Below are positions 52,177 through 64,000 of a DNA stretch of 64,000 nt, one piece after another. The stretch spans positions 16,740,001-16,804,000 of the forward strand of contig NC_042998.1 of assembly GCF_006345805.1 (NCBI RefSeq), written 5' to 3'. The notes under the pieces are model-generated. The model was not told the DNA's origin. It ran no database searches and worked only from the letters and a program-made list of their open reading frames with translations. Each line of letters begins with the position of its first letter. The stretch's first letter is position 1. Source of the stretch: Octopus sinensis (lineage: Eukaryota). A program made the position numbers and the translations under genes.

Positions 52177-52518
52177 GTAAGACATATTACTCTGTTACAT
52201 GATTAAAGTTAAAAGACAGGCGAAGGCATTAATTTATTGTGAAACGGTACATCTGGACAAAAGTAAGCAAGCAACATGACATGCCAGATTACAAAAGACA
52301 AAAAAAAAATAATAAATGACAGATTTGTCGATATGCAATTACTTTTATTCATACGTAAGAGGAATTCGCAAACCTTTGGAAATATATATAGTTAATTTTT
52401 TGTGATAACGACAAGCCATAACATGTTTACAATCGGCTCTGCAAAACCAGTACTTGTGATATGAAACAGGTAATGTAGTTTGCCGTGTATTTTATTTCGA
52501 AATATCTTTCAATGACAG

Positions 52519-52597
52519 ATTATATCAGGAACAATATTCTATAGATGAAAGCTCAAGATTAGAACTTGTGTCAAAAGGGAACGATATACTCTTGCAA
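52519..52597 (+). CDS. Candidate exon phase-compatible with 52093-52176 (unverified)
   Basis: tgacag|A TTA TAT...TTG CAA|gtaatc; reads (A)LYQEQYSIDESSRLELVSKGNDILLQ. Confidence 0.22.
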
Positions 52598-53222
52598 GTA
52601 ATCATTGACCTTTTAAATGCCAAGAAAAGCAATAAATATTTAAAAAATCAGTAAATCGGTGTGTCTCCAAGACACACGTGATATTTCTTTCTTTGAAATT
52701 TTTCTCGTGTTTCTGAAAAACTCCCAGTTCTTTCCTTTACTTAGTCCCTCATTTTCTCATCTAAAATGATAGCAAAAATTCCATTTTATAGTGTGTTTAA
52801 ACATTTCCCCTAATACCAACATACATGCAAAATCATATATACACGAAAGGTGTATATATCATCTGCTGTTCATTTTACTTTCATTATTTCTATGTAAATT
52901 GAATTCTATAAAACTTCTCTTCAATAATCGGGCTTTCAATCGTTTATATAAAATTACTGTGAAATAACACCAAGCAGTTTATAAAAAAACACAGAAATAT
53001 ACGATGGCATTCCAATATTAATTCCATAGTCTGCATAAATTTGAGTTTTATTTGCTTCACACTCAACAATCTTACGAAAACCGATCCTCAAAAAAGGAGT
53101 AAAAAACTGTGAAATATTAATTGACTATAAATATTTCAGGTAAATCTTTTTAATCTTAAGTGCTTTTTACCTATTTCCCTCCTTCAGCATATATGTGAGT
53201 GTGTGTGTGTGTGTATACACAT

Positions 53223-53272
<50 letters not shown>

Positions 53273-53708
53273 TGACGAAGCATAAGCATGCTAAAGGGGC
53301 AAAACTCGAGATTAATAGATATGATGAATAATCGTTAATAATATATTGCGACTTTGAAAATGTCGTCACCAAACAACACGTGATATGCAGAAACATATGT
53401 CGTGATACATTAATTTTGTTATTATCATATTCATCCTAAGTTCAAAGAAGTTCCGCATGTGTAAACATCTCGAAGGATTACTTTGCAAGATGTAAATAAA
53501 AGATGGTAGCCGACAACAAGTAGCATAGGAGCATTTAAAAGTATATTTGGAGGCGCCTCCCGAAAGAAATTAAATGGATATAAATGGATATTTATATATA
53601 TATATATATCAATAATAATAAAGGGTAACATTCATAAATCAATTGATAATTAATAATTTTACCAAGTAGTTCGGTATGTTAAAAGAACCATTATCGGTAA
53701 CCTTATAC

Positions 53709-53938
53709 AAAATTCTGTAATTATAAGCATCATTTTAATTAGGGTTCAGAAAAAATTGCTTCACCACTTACCGACATTTAGAAATAGCAGTTAAATTCTA
53801 TTCCACTATCATAAGATATCTCTTAGACATATCTTATGTTAGTGGAATAGTATTTAACTGCTATTTCTAAATTTCGCTATGTGGTGAAGCAATTTTTGCT
53901 GAACCCTAATTATAATTATGCTCATAATTATAGAATTT
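53709..53938. repeat. Foldback palindrome (~110-bp arms, 9-nt loop), MITE-like
   Basis: aattagggttcag..aaattgcttcaccac..tttagaaatagcagttaaat.ctattccacta.cataagatat-ctcttagac-atatcttatg... Confidence 0.88.
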
Positions 53939-54084
53939 ATATATACAACTTAGGTATGTTTCAATCAAAGTTTGACCCAAGTCGTGTTTAACTTAATATC
54001 ACCGCATGACAGGATTTGTTAAATCGTTGTTAAGTTTTGTGCCATCAAGGTCTATTAAAGTAGGGAGCTTTTGCTGTCTGAGAT

Positions 54085-54440
54085 TTATATAAGTATAGGT
54101 GGTTTATCTGGCATCCTTTGAAGAAATTTGTTTTGGTATGGTTTGAATGTGATAGGATCTTGTTCTTCTTTGACTGGTTTTATGATAATGTTAAATATAT
54201 TAGAGCCTTTTGAGGAAAAGAAATTGTATTGCAATGAATTAATTGGCTTTGATCCTGAATCGTGTTGGAGTGTATAGCATGTTACCACATCCTTGGGTGA
54301 GTTCTGAATGTGACATTAAGATCGTTTGGGAAATGCTGGTGGTACACGCTCCACACTGTTCAAATGAGGTAGCGTTCACGGCGAGGTTGGAGCGAACAAA
54401 GTTTCAATTTTTCAAGGCAGTCCCACTGATCTATATGAGA
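54085..54440 (-). mobile_element. Old CR1/L2-group LINE C-terminal remnant
   Basis: WDCLEKLKLCSLQPRRERYLI...FPNDLNV...SLQYNFFSSKGSNIFNII...FKPYQNKFLQRMPDKPP, homologous to 38430-38810. Confidence 0.8.
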
Positions 54441-55572
54441 TATCGCTATCGTCGTCGTCGTCGTCATCATCACGATGACTAATAATATTTTTCGCATTAG
54501 ATTTGTATGGACAAATGCAATTACAAAAATTAAATGTAGAATTATTTTTTTATAGAAAATACTTCACTCTACTACTCTACTACATTGCTATTTATTATTT
54601 GAACCATCAATAATAAATCTTTTATGCTATCATATAATTGCTGGTTATTTTTTGTCACCAAATTTTTAATTTGTTATATCCACATATTGACCACCTGTGC
54701 GTAGTAATTCTTCTTACGGACAGCATCACGTTTGGAAAGTGGCTTTTACTCTAATGAAGTTAGCAGGTGGTAAGATATTTATTACTTGTTAGGTTGTAGG
54801 AAGCAGTGATGCGGAAAGAGCCCAATATTTCATGTGAATACTTGATTTTGCTATGTATTTCCCTTACACGAATGTTATCGCCTTTTATAGAGACTAGTTT
54901 CGTTTCAGAGGTTCAAATCTCCATTTGAATTAATGATTCACTTGAAATAGATTTCATTTGTAACGGATGCTCTGAATATACGGAATATCATACATGCACA
55001 CCACATTTAACTTTTATATATTCCATGTACATTTGTGAAGTAAAAATGTCTGCTTATAGCAAATCGAGGAACTTGTAGATTTAATGTTCATTTCGTATTC
55101 TGAACTGAAGTATTTGTGCAGATTGGGGTAAAATACACTTAAATTCTTGTACACGAATATTTTGAAAATGAAACATCTGGCTGGATTTGTATTCAAAGAA
55201 TGGTTTCTACATTCCGTAAATATATTATTGTTCAATTGGGTATTCAGATGGATATAAGTTAATGTTACATAATGCAGAAATATATAAAATATATACGCAT
55301 AAGCATCACAAAGACAAGTATATTTCCCTGATGCATACGTTATGATCTGACACTACCGAATATGCATCTTTCATGTTCGTCTTATTTTCTCATACGTGCG
55401 TTGCATTTCATAGCTATTCATATATCCTTATCGGACAATAATTATCTGTCACCATTTCTCTCTGTCTCTTTCTCTCTTACTTCCCTCTCCAAATATGTGT
55501 GTGAGTATGTATGTAGTATACCTATTTTTCTCTCTCTCCCTAACTCTCTCCCTTACCTCTCTCTCTTCTCTC

Positions 55573-55612
<40 letters not shown>

Positions 55613-55663
55613 CGTGTGTGTGTGTGTGTGTATTTATCTATCGATCTGTCTAAGAATGTATCT

Positions 55664-55811
<148 letters not shown>

Positions 55812-56884
55812 GGTTAAATGTATATATTTGTCCCTTTATGCATATACAGAGATATATACGCGCGCCCTTACTCACATACACACTCGCATGCGTATGCAGA
55901 AGCCCACCACAGCTACCTCACAGCGTATGTATATAAGTTGATCTTAATACTGTTTTGCCAACGAGAAAAGTACGTATTCATATATCTGCATTCATGTCAT
56001 TCTATATATGAATTCCTTCCGTGGTTGATATTTTACGCATCACAAGGTTTATGTGTTAGAAAAAGTGTTTTCTAAGTGGAATGCGATCTTCGTAGCATTA
56101 CATTTTATCAAATATTATGAGGATGAAAGATGTTTAAATCCCAGAAACACATCAGTATCCAAAGTATCATACTGTATTCCGATATCAGAAATGAAGCTCT
56201 AATATACTTCGTGTATTTCACACTGGTTTATACCAGATAATTTTACTTATGTCAAAAAGCATTACAGTAAATATAATTCATAATTTCTTATCAGGACTCT
56301 AGTAAAACATATGTAGACTATACAGATCGGATCAATGTGAATGTTGAATTATACATTTCCAGCTTCATTAAAAAAATGATGCCTCAAACATTTAAGAAAT
56401 TTGATTCGGTGACGTTTTACATAATTAGATTTATGAATAAAATATCTAGAATAATATAATCTCTTTAAAATAGTCGGTTAGCAAATATAACTACAAACAT
56501 ATAAGGAAAATGTGAAAAAAAATGCCTGGTGAGAATGTTAATTTTAAATTGCATCAAGTTCATCCAACGTACAACATGGTACAAAAATATTTGATAACGA
56601 TTTCTTTCAAATTATATATCAGAAAATATACACTGCAATAAATTAGTGCAACATAGCCTTCGGTCACAGCAGAGGAAGTTGGAGGTTTACTTTGATACTT
56701 TGTCAGTCAAGCACATTTCAGCAACAATAAGATATTTACTTGTAATTCGAAAAAGTATAAACTTTATATCTGCGATATAGTATTGTTCTACATAAATAAC
56801 TATGTGCTAGACAGGATATTCTACAAAATTAACAGGTGTTTATCAGTAATGTATTTCAAACGATAACACAAAACTGCGAATGAC

Positions 56885-56896
56885 TACAATAATAAT

Positions 56897-56940
<44 letters not shown>

Positions 56941-56949
56941 TAATAAAAT

Positions 56950-56987
<38 letters not shown>

Positions 56988-57035
56988 TAATAATAATAAT
57001 TATAAATAATAATATAATAATAATAATAATAATAA

Positions 57036-57071
<36 letters not shown>

Positions 57072-57107
57072 TAATATAATAATAATATAATAATAATAAT
57101 AATAATA

Positions 57108-57174
<67 letters not shown>

Positions 57175-57199
57175 TAATAATAATAATAACAACAATAAC
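56885..57199. repeat. ~310-bp (TAA)n array
   Basis: Directly visible. Confidence 0.97.
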
Positions 57200-57292
57200 T
57201 TCAAAACTTCTTAAGGCAATCCCATGCAAGATTGATGTCTCGCAAAAAGCAGCCTTATTGGGCACAGCCTTGTGAGTGGATTTCGTAGGTGT
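57200..57292 (+). mobile_element. Short R4/Dong C-terminal fragment fused to an internal piece of SINE family B
   Basis: 57204 in frame: KLLKAIPCKIDVSQKAALLGTA; then gccttgtgagtggatttcgtag (cf. 20427-20448). Confidence 0.65.
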
Positions 57293-57323
57293 ATGTAAAT
57301 TTACACATGCACACACACACACA

Positions 57324-57398
<75 letters not shown>

Positions 57399-57784
57399 TG
57401 TCCTTACCTTCGAAACGCAGAGTAGATAAAACAGAGGACAACTGATAAAGTGGAATGTTCTTTATGTTGCCAGTCTAATTTCTCTGGGGGTTTTTTGTTG
57501 TTCTAAAAAGAATTTCGTTTTCTACGTTTTTTTTGTTTTCGTTTCTCAATGTGTCCACATTTTTTATGTCCTGTTCCCATGCATGTATATACACATATTC
57601 ATGTAGTTATGTACATATATGTATGTACATATATGTATGTATATATGCATATATTTATATATTATTTATATTATATATATACGTATGTGTGTGCGCGTCT
57701 GTGTATGTGCATATATGTGTATTTGTTCATGTCTGTGTATATATGCACACACTCAAATATATAAATACACACACACTGTTGTGT

Positions 57785-57930
57785 TTCAGTTTCCGCCTAC
57801 CAGAACCACCCGCAAAGATTTGGTCGGCCTCATTCTATAGTGGAAGTCATTTCCCCAAGATGCCACGCAGTAGGACAGAACTCTGAACCATTTGGTTGAA
57901 AAGCAAAAATCTTAACCTCACAGCCAATCC
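57785..57930 (-). mobile_element. Diverged SINE family B 5' half (a second degenerate copy may follow to ~58040)
   Basis: Reverse complement aggattggctgtgaggttaag...gagttctgtcctactgcgtggcatcttggggaa...gaggccgaccaaatc...cggaaactgaaac. Confidence 0.7.
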
Positions 57931-59449
57931 TTGGTCCCGGGACTATACTAGAAGATATGTAGAAGGTACTGCGTAGCGGACAAAACAAATGTCACAATGC
58001 TTGTGAAGCTAGCTACTTGCACCACGCAGTAAGCTTGCGTATGCGTATACGTGTGTGTGCCTTTGTGAGTGCCTTTGTGAGTATGCATAGATATAAAATG
58101 ATCTGCTCCATTTACAAAGCAAATCAATTTTAATTTATTTCGTATTGAAATTATACAGATTGAGATGAGTCAATTCATGAAATGGCTGTTTAATTTGCAC
58201 TTAATATCCCTTCCATTAGATGGCGTTTTAAGAATGGCCGGAGGCGTAGACACACCTTTGTTTTTTATTTGATAGTTGTATCAGCGGTATTGTCCTTGAA
58301 ACGCCTTAGTCTCATTTCATGGAACCAGCATTGTTCGTTCTACAACACTCATGGGTACACTGCATTCCTTCAAACGAATCTAATATAATTGCGAGTGCAC
58401 GTCTGAGTATATGTTATTGAACGATTAAGTGCGTTCTGTTCAGCATTCGTTTGTGGATATCTGATATGTTTAGGTATATTTAGAAGGCAGCTATTCTGTG
58501 AAGAGATATATTAATTTGCACATCAGCAATGACATTTATCTGAAAAGTAATTACACAAGCAAACGTACACACTTTATTAAGAAGGGAAATTATAATAAAT
58601 TTCTGAAGTCAGTATCAGTATTCTATTTTATTCATGGTATTACAAGTTATAGAAGACGAAGTGTTGTTCACTGTGAAAAAAATGTTGATCTCAACATACC
58701 AATCTGTCTGCGAGCCCCACAGAATTATTAGATTTATAAATGTTTGACAGTTATAAACTTAGACAGGATACAAGGTCTGTTTAGCATATTCAACACGCAT
58801 GATGAGTCTAGCAAAACAGTGTGAAAGACAGAAGAGAACAGATAAAATAAATGCCGCGTTTGTAGCTTCTGAGGTCTGCTTATTACAGTTTTCATTATAA
58901 ATTATACGGGATGAATCGGAATAAATATATAAAAATAATGTACTATGAATAATTGTACAAAAAGAAATAAAATAAATACTTAAAGATGTATTCTATTGAA
59001 AATTCTGTAGCATGTCTAACATGCTGAACTGGACACAAACATTTCGATATATACAGGTCACTGCATTTGTCCGGTTGAGTAATCAAAGTATATATTTGTT
59101 ATACGATGCCCTTTTATTAAAGCTACTAAACGTTCTGAGAGAAACGGAAAGAAAACAAAATGTGTTAATATTTTCACAAATGTATTCGTGTGTGTAGTTT
59201 GGTAAATGTTGCAAATAATATATCATCGTTGATATTACCAACGGGATTGTATTAAAAATCTAGAAGGAAACTGATACAGAAATTAAATTGTATAGATATG
59301 TGGATCACATGTTGGAATTCATGTTCCAGCAGCTGTAAACTGCCTAATTGAAATAACATTATTTTTGTATTTCTATATATGTTGCTATATATAATTTTTT
59401 TTATTGATAAGAAGTATACATAAAATGTAGCACATGCACATGAAAATTC

Positions 59450-59451
<2 letters not shown>

Positions 59452-59482
<31 letters not shown>

Positions 59483-59559
59483 TGTATGTATGTATGTATG
59501 TATGTATGTATGTATGTATGTATATATGTATGTATGTATATATGTATGTATGTATATAA

Positions 59560-59597
<38 letters not shown>

Positions 59598-59619
59598 TGT
59601 ATAAGTATATATATATACG

Positions 59620-59664
<45 letters not shown>

Positions 59665-59761
59665 ATATATATATATGTATACATATATATATATAGATAG
59701 ATATACAAATAAACGCACATATATATACATATATATATATATATATACATATATAGCACAC

Positions 59762-59850
<89 letters not shown>

Positions 59851-59880
59851 AAAATATACGCATACACACGCATACATATT
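59452..59880. repeat. Compound (TATG)n/(TA)n/(CA)n microsatellite
   Basis: Directly visible; source of the 205-aa pseudo-ORF. Confidence 0.95.
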
Positions 59881-60671
59881 TAGACAGAGAGATTTATCGA
59901 GTGTTGTCTAGTGTATACATGTTTATATTTCCTCTGTCTCCATAAATACAAACATACACGTGCAACTACATGCTTGTGTTATATATACATTATCTGTATT
60001 TGATGATGCAGAATTTATTAAACTGTTTGCATTCTTTTGATAAATTCCCGTATAAATGTATTGCACATAAGTAATTTTCGTTTGATATTAGTCAAAGTAA
60101 AATAAGACGAATAAGTTGTATACAAATACTGGAGTAGTAGATATGTACTAATTTCTGTGAAAGTAAACGTGTCATTTAACAATAAAAACCAGTGGTTGTT
60201 TCATCACATTCCAGATCAATAAGAAATAAGGCGACGTTATTTTTGTTTATTAGAAAAGGTAGTAGTATGTCGGTTATATTTTATGATTCCACAATAAAAT
60301 ATCAATCGATTATCTCGCAAATTCTATGTTTTAATTTGAAATGAGGACTGAAGATCAATAAACGAACCACTATCAAACGATATTGTCGTTTGTTGGAGCA
60401 AAATCACAAGTGGAAGAACCAACCAATTCCACCTCAAACTTTCTCTTCCCTTGCTGTCTATCATTCTCTTTCTCTCTGTCACTCTCTGACACACTCATAC
60501 ATACCTGCGCATGATCATACAAAACTTTTCCCACTCGCACACACAATTATATATATATATTTATATGTGCAAGTATGTATATACATATGTATATATATAT
60601 ATATATATACATATATATTATATATACATACAAGCATATATGTATATATATGTATCTATGTATGTATATCT

Positions 60672-60738
<67 letters not shown>

Positions 60739-61883
60739 GACAATATACACATACACCTCCTCACACAAACGCATGTATGTGTGGACGTGTATATTGAGAA
60801 ATTCTAATACACCAGCTTTACAAAATTATCTACGTATTATAGTATGTATGTAGATTATGATAACTTTCGGATAATCGCTTGAGATAAATATCATAAATAC
60901 TATCACTAGATTAACAAGCAAGGTCTCGAGGCAGATATCTAAGTTACCTTCTTTGTACCGTTATGGTCATAAAACTTTCTCCCCAACTTCACTCGATATT
61001 TTTCAAGGAATGGATTCTAGACACGTAAAATGTGTGTTTGAGCATTTCTGTATTTTATTTGAAAATTTTGTGGTTGTAAGTTTTATTGAACTCTGTTGAA
61101 TCACAGCTAAATAATATCAACTACAACTCGATTGTACATATGTCAGATAACGGAAATTGTGCAAATTTCTATTAGATTAATGTTCCACCTCTTGGTGGTT
61201 AGAATTAATTTGTCAGTGTTATAAATTAACTCGCATTATTGCAGATGTCTTGAAAAGCGTCGTGTGTGCTACACTTCCTGCTGTAAGTAAATCTATTACA
61301 CAATTATTAACCAGGGTAGGAAAAGTTATGTAAAATCGGATATGAAAAGTAAAGATGCCATATTACGTTATGTAACAACGAAGAAGAATATACATAAAAA
61401 TCGAGACGGGGATGAGAGATAGCCGTAAAGACACCGGTATCATTGCTAATACTAACAGTTATTATTAATAGTAAATATTTTCCTCATGTGTATTGTCTAT
61501 TTAAATCCAAGATGAAAATTCCGGTTACTTTTCTGTGTTTGTATTCTTAAATTCTAGATCTACTTTATAATATTGATAATTATTCTCCCCACACATTTAA
61601 GAACAATTACGTATTTTTCTATTATATGCATAACTGATGCGCAATAACAATATTTGTATATAATTATGAGCGTTTAATTTGAGCAATATTCATCATCTAA
61701 CGATAATGTTCAGACTGGTTGTTAAGAGCAGAACGATGTATGTAAAAACGATTATCAGTCTAATAAAATTTGCTTCGTAGTCATGTAATGCAATTATACA
61801 TTGCAGTTTCATAAAATTTAATGGAAAGGAAGATAATCCCTATAAATTAAAATTAATTTTATAGATAATTGAAATATTGTCCA

Positions 61884-61958
61884 TTAGTTGTGTGACATGG
61901 ACAGCCTGTTGTCGTCCTCATTCGGTTTCACGAGCAAATCAGAGCGTCCACTTGCTTG
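61884..61958 (-). CDS. Candidate terminal coding exon (unverified)
   Basis: Acceptor atattttactcctcacag, then a GC-balanced segment; phase 0 reads QASGRSDLLVKPNEDDNRLSMSHN* and is followed by AT-rich UTR-like DNA. Confidence 0.3.
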   Translation of the reverse strand, partial: QASGRSDLLVKPNEDDNRLSMSHN

Positions 61959-63641
61959 CTGTGAGGAGTAAAATATATATATATTTCCAAATAACATAAC
62001 AAAAAAGAGATGAGTTGAGGGAAAAAGCTGATGTCGCCAGGAATTTTCCAAGCATTTAAAGATTCATGAGAAAATTAGCTTACTCTCTTGTCTAATTTGA
62101 TCCGTTTTGATCCACTGTGTGATCTGTGTGCGTACGTATCTTGATATGTGTGTTAGCATGTGTACCCAAATATCCTACGATGTTGAAATTATATACATAT
62201 ATAAACATAAATACAGTTTTAGAGACAGAACCACATTCCACTCAATCAACACTGAAAGATTTTATACCCAACCACTCCATAACATGTTAAATATTAAATC
62301 TTATACTAACTATATCTATTCTGAATCCCGTATTTTCCGTTTATAAGACTACACGTGTTTCATGGAAGTATGTCAGTATTGATTAGATACGAGGTATCCA
62401 GTTTCAATAATAAATTGGGTCGACACATTCCCAATCTTCAGGTCTGGATTCCTTAACATTTTTCATTACCTATACCACTTATATATATCTATGATTCACT
62501 ATATCTTCAATATAATCTTATTTAACATATACAAATGAATAGAAATACAAATAATAAATAAAAATAATAACTGAATATTAAAAAATTAAGGATTGAAAAT
62601 TTAAGGAATAAAAATTCGAGGAATAAACTTTCTATGAATATTTGGTTGTGTCTTTGATGCATATATACACACGCACATACGTATTGACACACATACGTAT
62701 AGAAGACGTACGAAATATCTAGATAATACCAAACTTAAATTGCCATTTAATTACTTCCTCACTCATATTAATATTCTTCACTCATATTAAAAAGCTAGGA
62801 GTCATTTTGAAATAAAAATACGTTTTGCGCTGGATGGATAAATTAATGATAATGATAATGGTTAATTTTCCCCAAAGCTCCGATAACTGCCGTTGCTTAT
62901 ATATGTTACTACAATTAATGCTTAACTTGCTTTAGAATACGGGAATACTTTATGAAATTGAATATACCGTACTGCTAACACAAAGTAAAACATAATATTG
63001 ACTTGAAAGCCTGTAATATAGTAGTAAAATGGTTTATTTCTTCACATTTTAACTTAGCATTTGCTTTTGTACCACTCGCGTGACTGTATCTCTTCTACAG
63101 ATAAGTAAATCGCACTCACGCACTAACGCATTTAATATTACAAACATAATGGTGTTCAATGCAGCTATGTAAACACATTCTTTCTAAACTGATGTTTTGT
63201 ACAGAAACACAGTCATTTGATGACCACTTTGATAATTGATAATCGCTTATTTAGATAAGATTTTTGTGGTTTCCTAACCAATTGATCGGACAGGCCATTT
63301 GCCTATAAAGGAGACTTAAATTGGGCTGCAACAAAGGTTCACAGTCGAATTTACATATTTGTGCTTTTGAAGGGCAGTTATTAATTATGAAATATCAATG
63401 TTCAAAACATTGCGTAAATCAGAAGATCTGGAATAAATTTAACAACTGATTGGAGCAGTCAACAAACCGTTAAACGTTACTTCAAAAAACATAGCCCACC
63501 CTAACTTTCTGCTTAACTATATCATAGAAAAATGTATTTACATTGTTTAACCTGATTTCTATATTATTTAGTGAGCATAATAGATTGACGATTGATGCTG
63601 CATTGTCATGCAGTGTGCCTGTGTGCATGTGTGTAAGTGTG

Positions 63642-63718
<77 letters not shown>

Positions 63719-64000
63719 GTGTGTGTATGTGTGTTAACTTCTTCACTCGTGTATTGAGTAATAATTATGAAATTTATCAACATCGATTGTGTCAATTTTA
63801 GCGATAGTATTATGTGTTTACACATACACACACATTAAAGAAGAGCATTTATATGACTATATGTATGTGTGTGTGTGTGCGTGCCTGTATGTGTGTGTGC
63901 GTGTGTGGCAGATAATAGCTATAAGAGATGATGAAGGGGTGATTGTCGATGTGTGTGTATATATATATATATATATATACTCAACACAGAATGATAGGAA

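Noticed and set aside
58799-58872. C box (ATGATGA) and D box (CTGA) spaced like a C/D snoRNA
   Set aside because: No terminal stem, no recognisable rRNA guide, no C'/D' boxes.

Overview
AT-rich, microsatellite-dense eukaryotic DNA, most likely octopus (inferred from the tRNA-derived CORE-type SINE families and base composition; not verified). I can identify no host protein-coding gene with confidence, only a few phase-compatible candidate exons. Most of the supplied ORF track is microsatellite or decayed-TE translation. The window holds remnants of many retroelements: tRNA-derived SINEs of about four modular families, CR1-group LINE 3' ends, Tx1/L1-clade LINEs sitting in (GATA)n arrays, R4/Dong-type LINEs (one with a clean 5' inversion), a Helitron helicase fragment, and a decayed Penelope-like element (PLE). 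The most notable structure is a ~320-bp near-perfect palindrome at 20791-21108 carrying two outward-facing minimal type I hammerhead ribozymes. Further hammerhead-like motifs lie at 21323-21398, 3190-3224 and 45195-45228. A CR1-group LINE and one SINE family share a 3' tail whose stem-loop is kept by compensatory substitutions. All assignments come from manual reading and translation, with no database searches; decayed-element boundaries are approximate.
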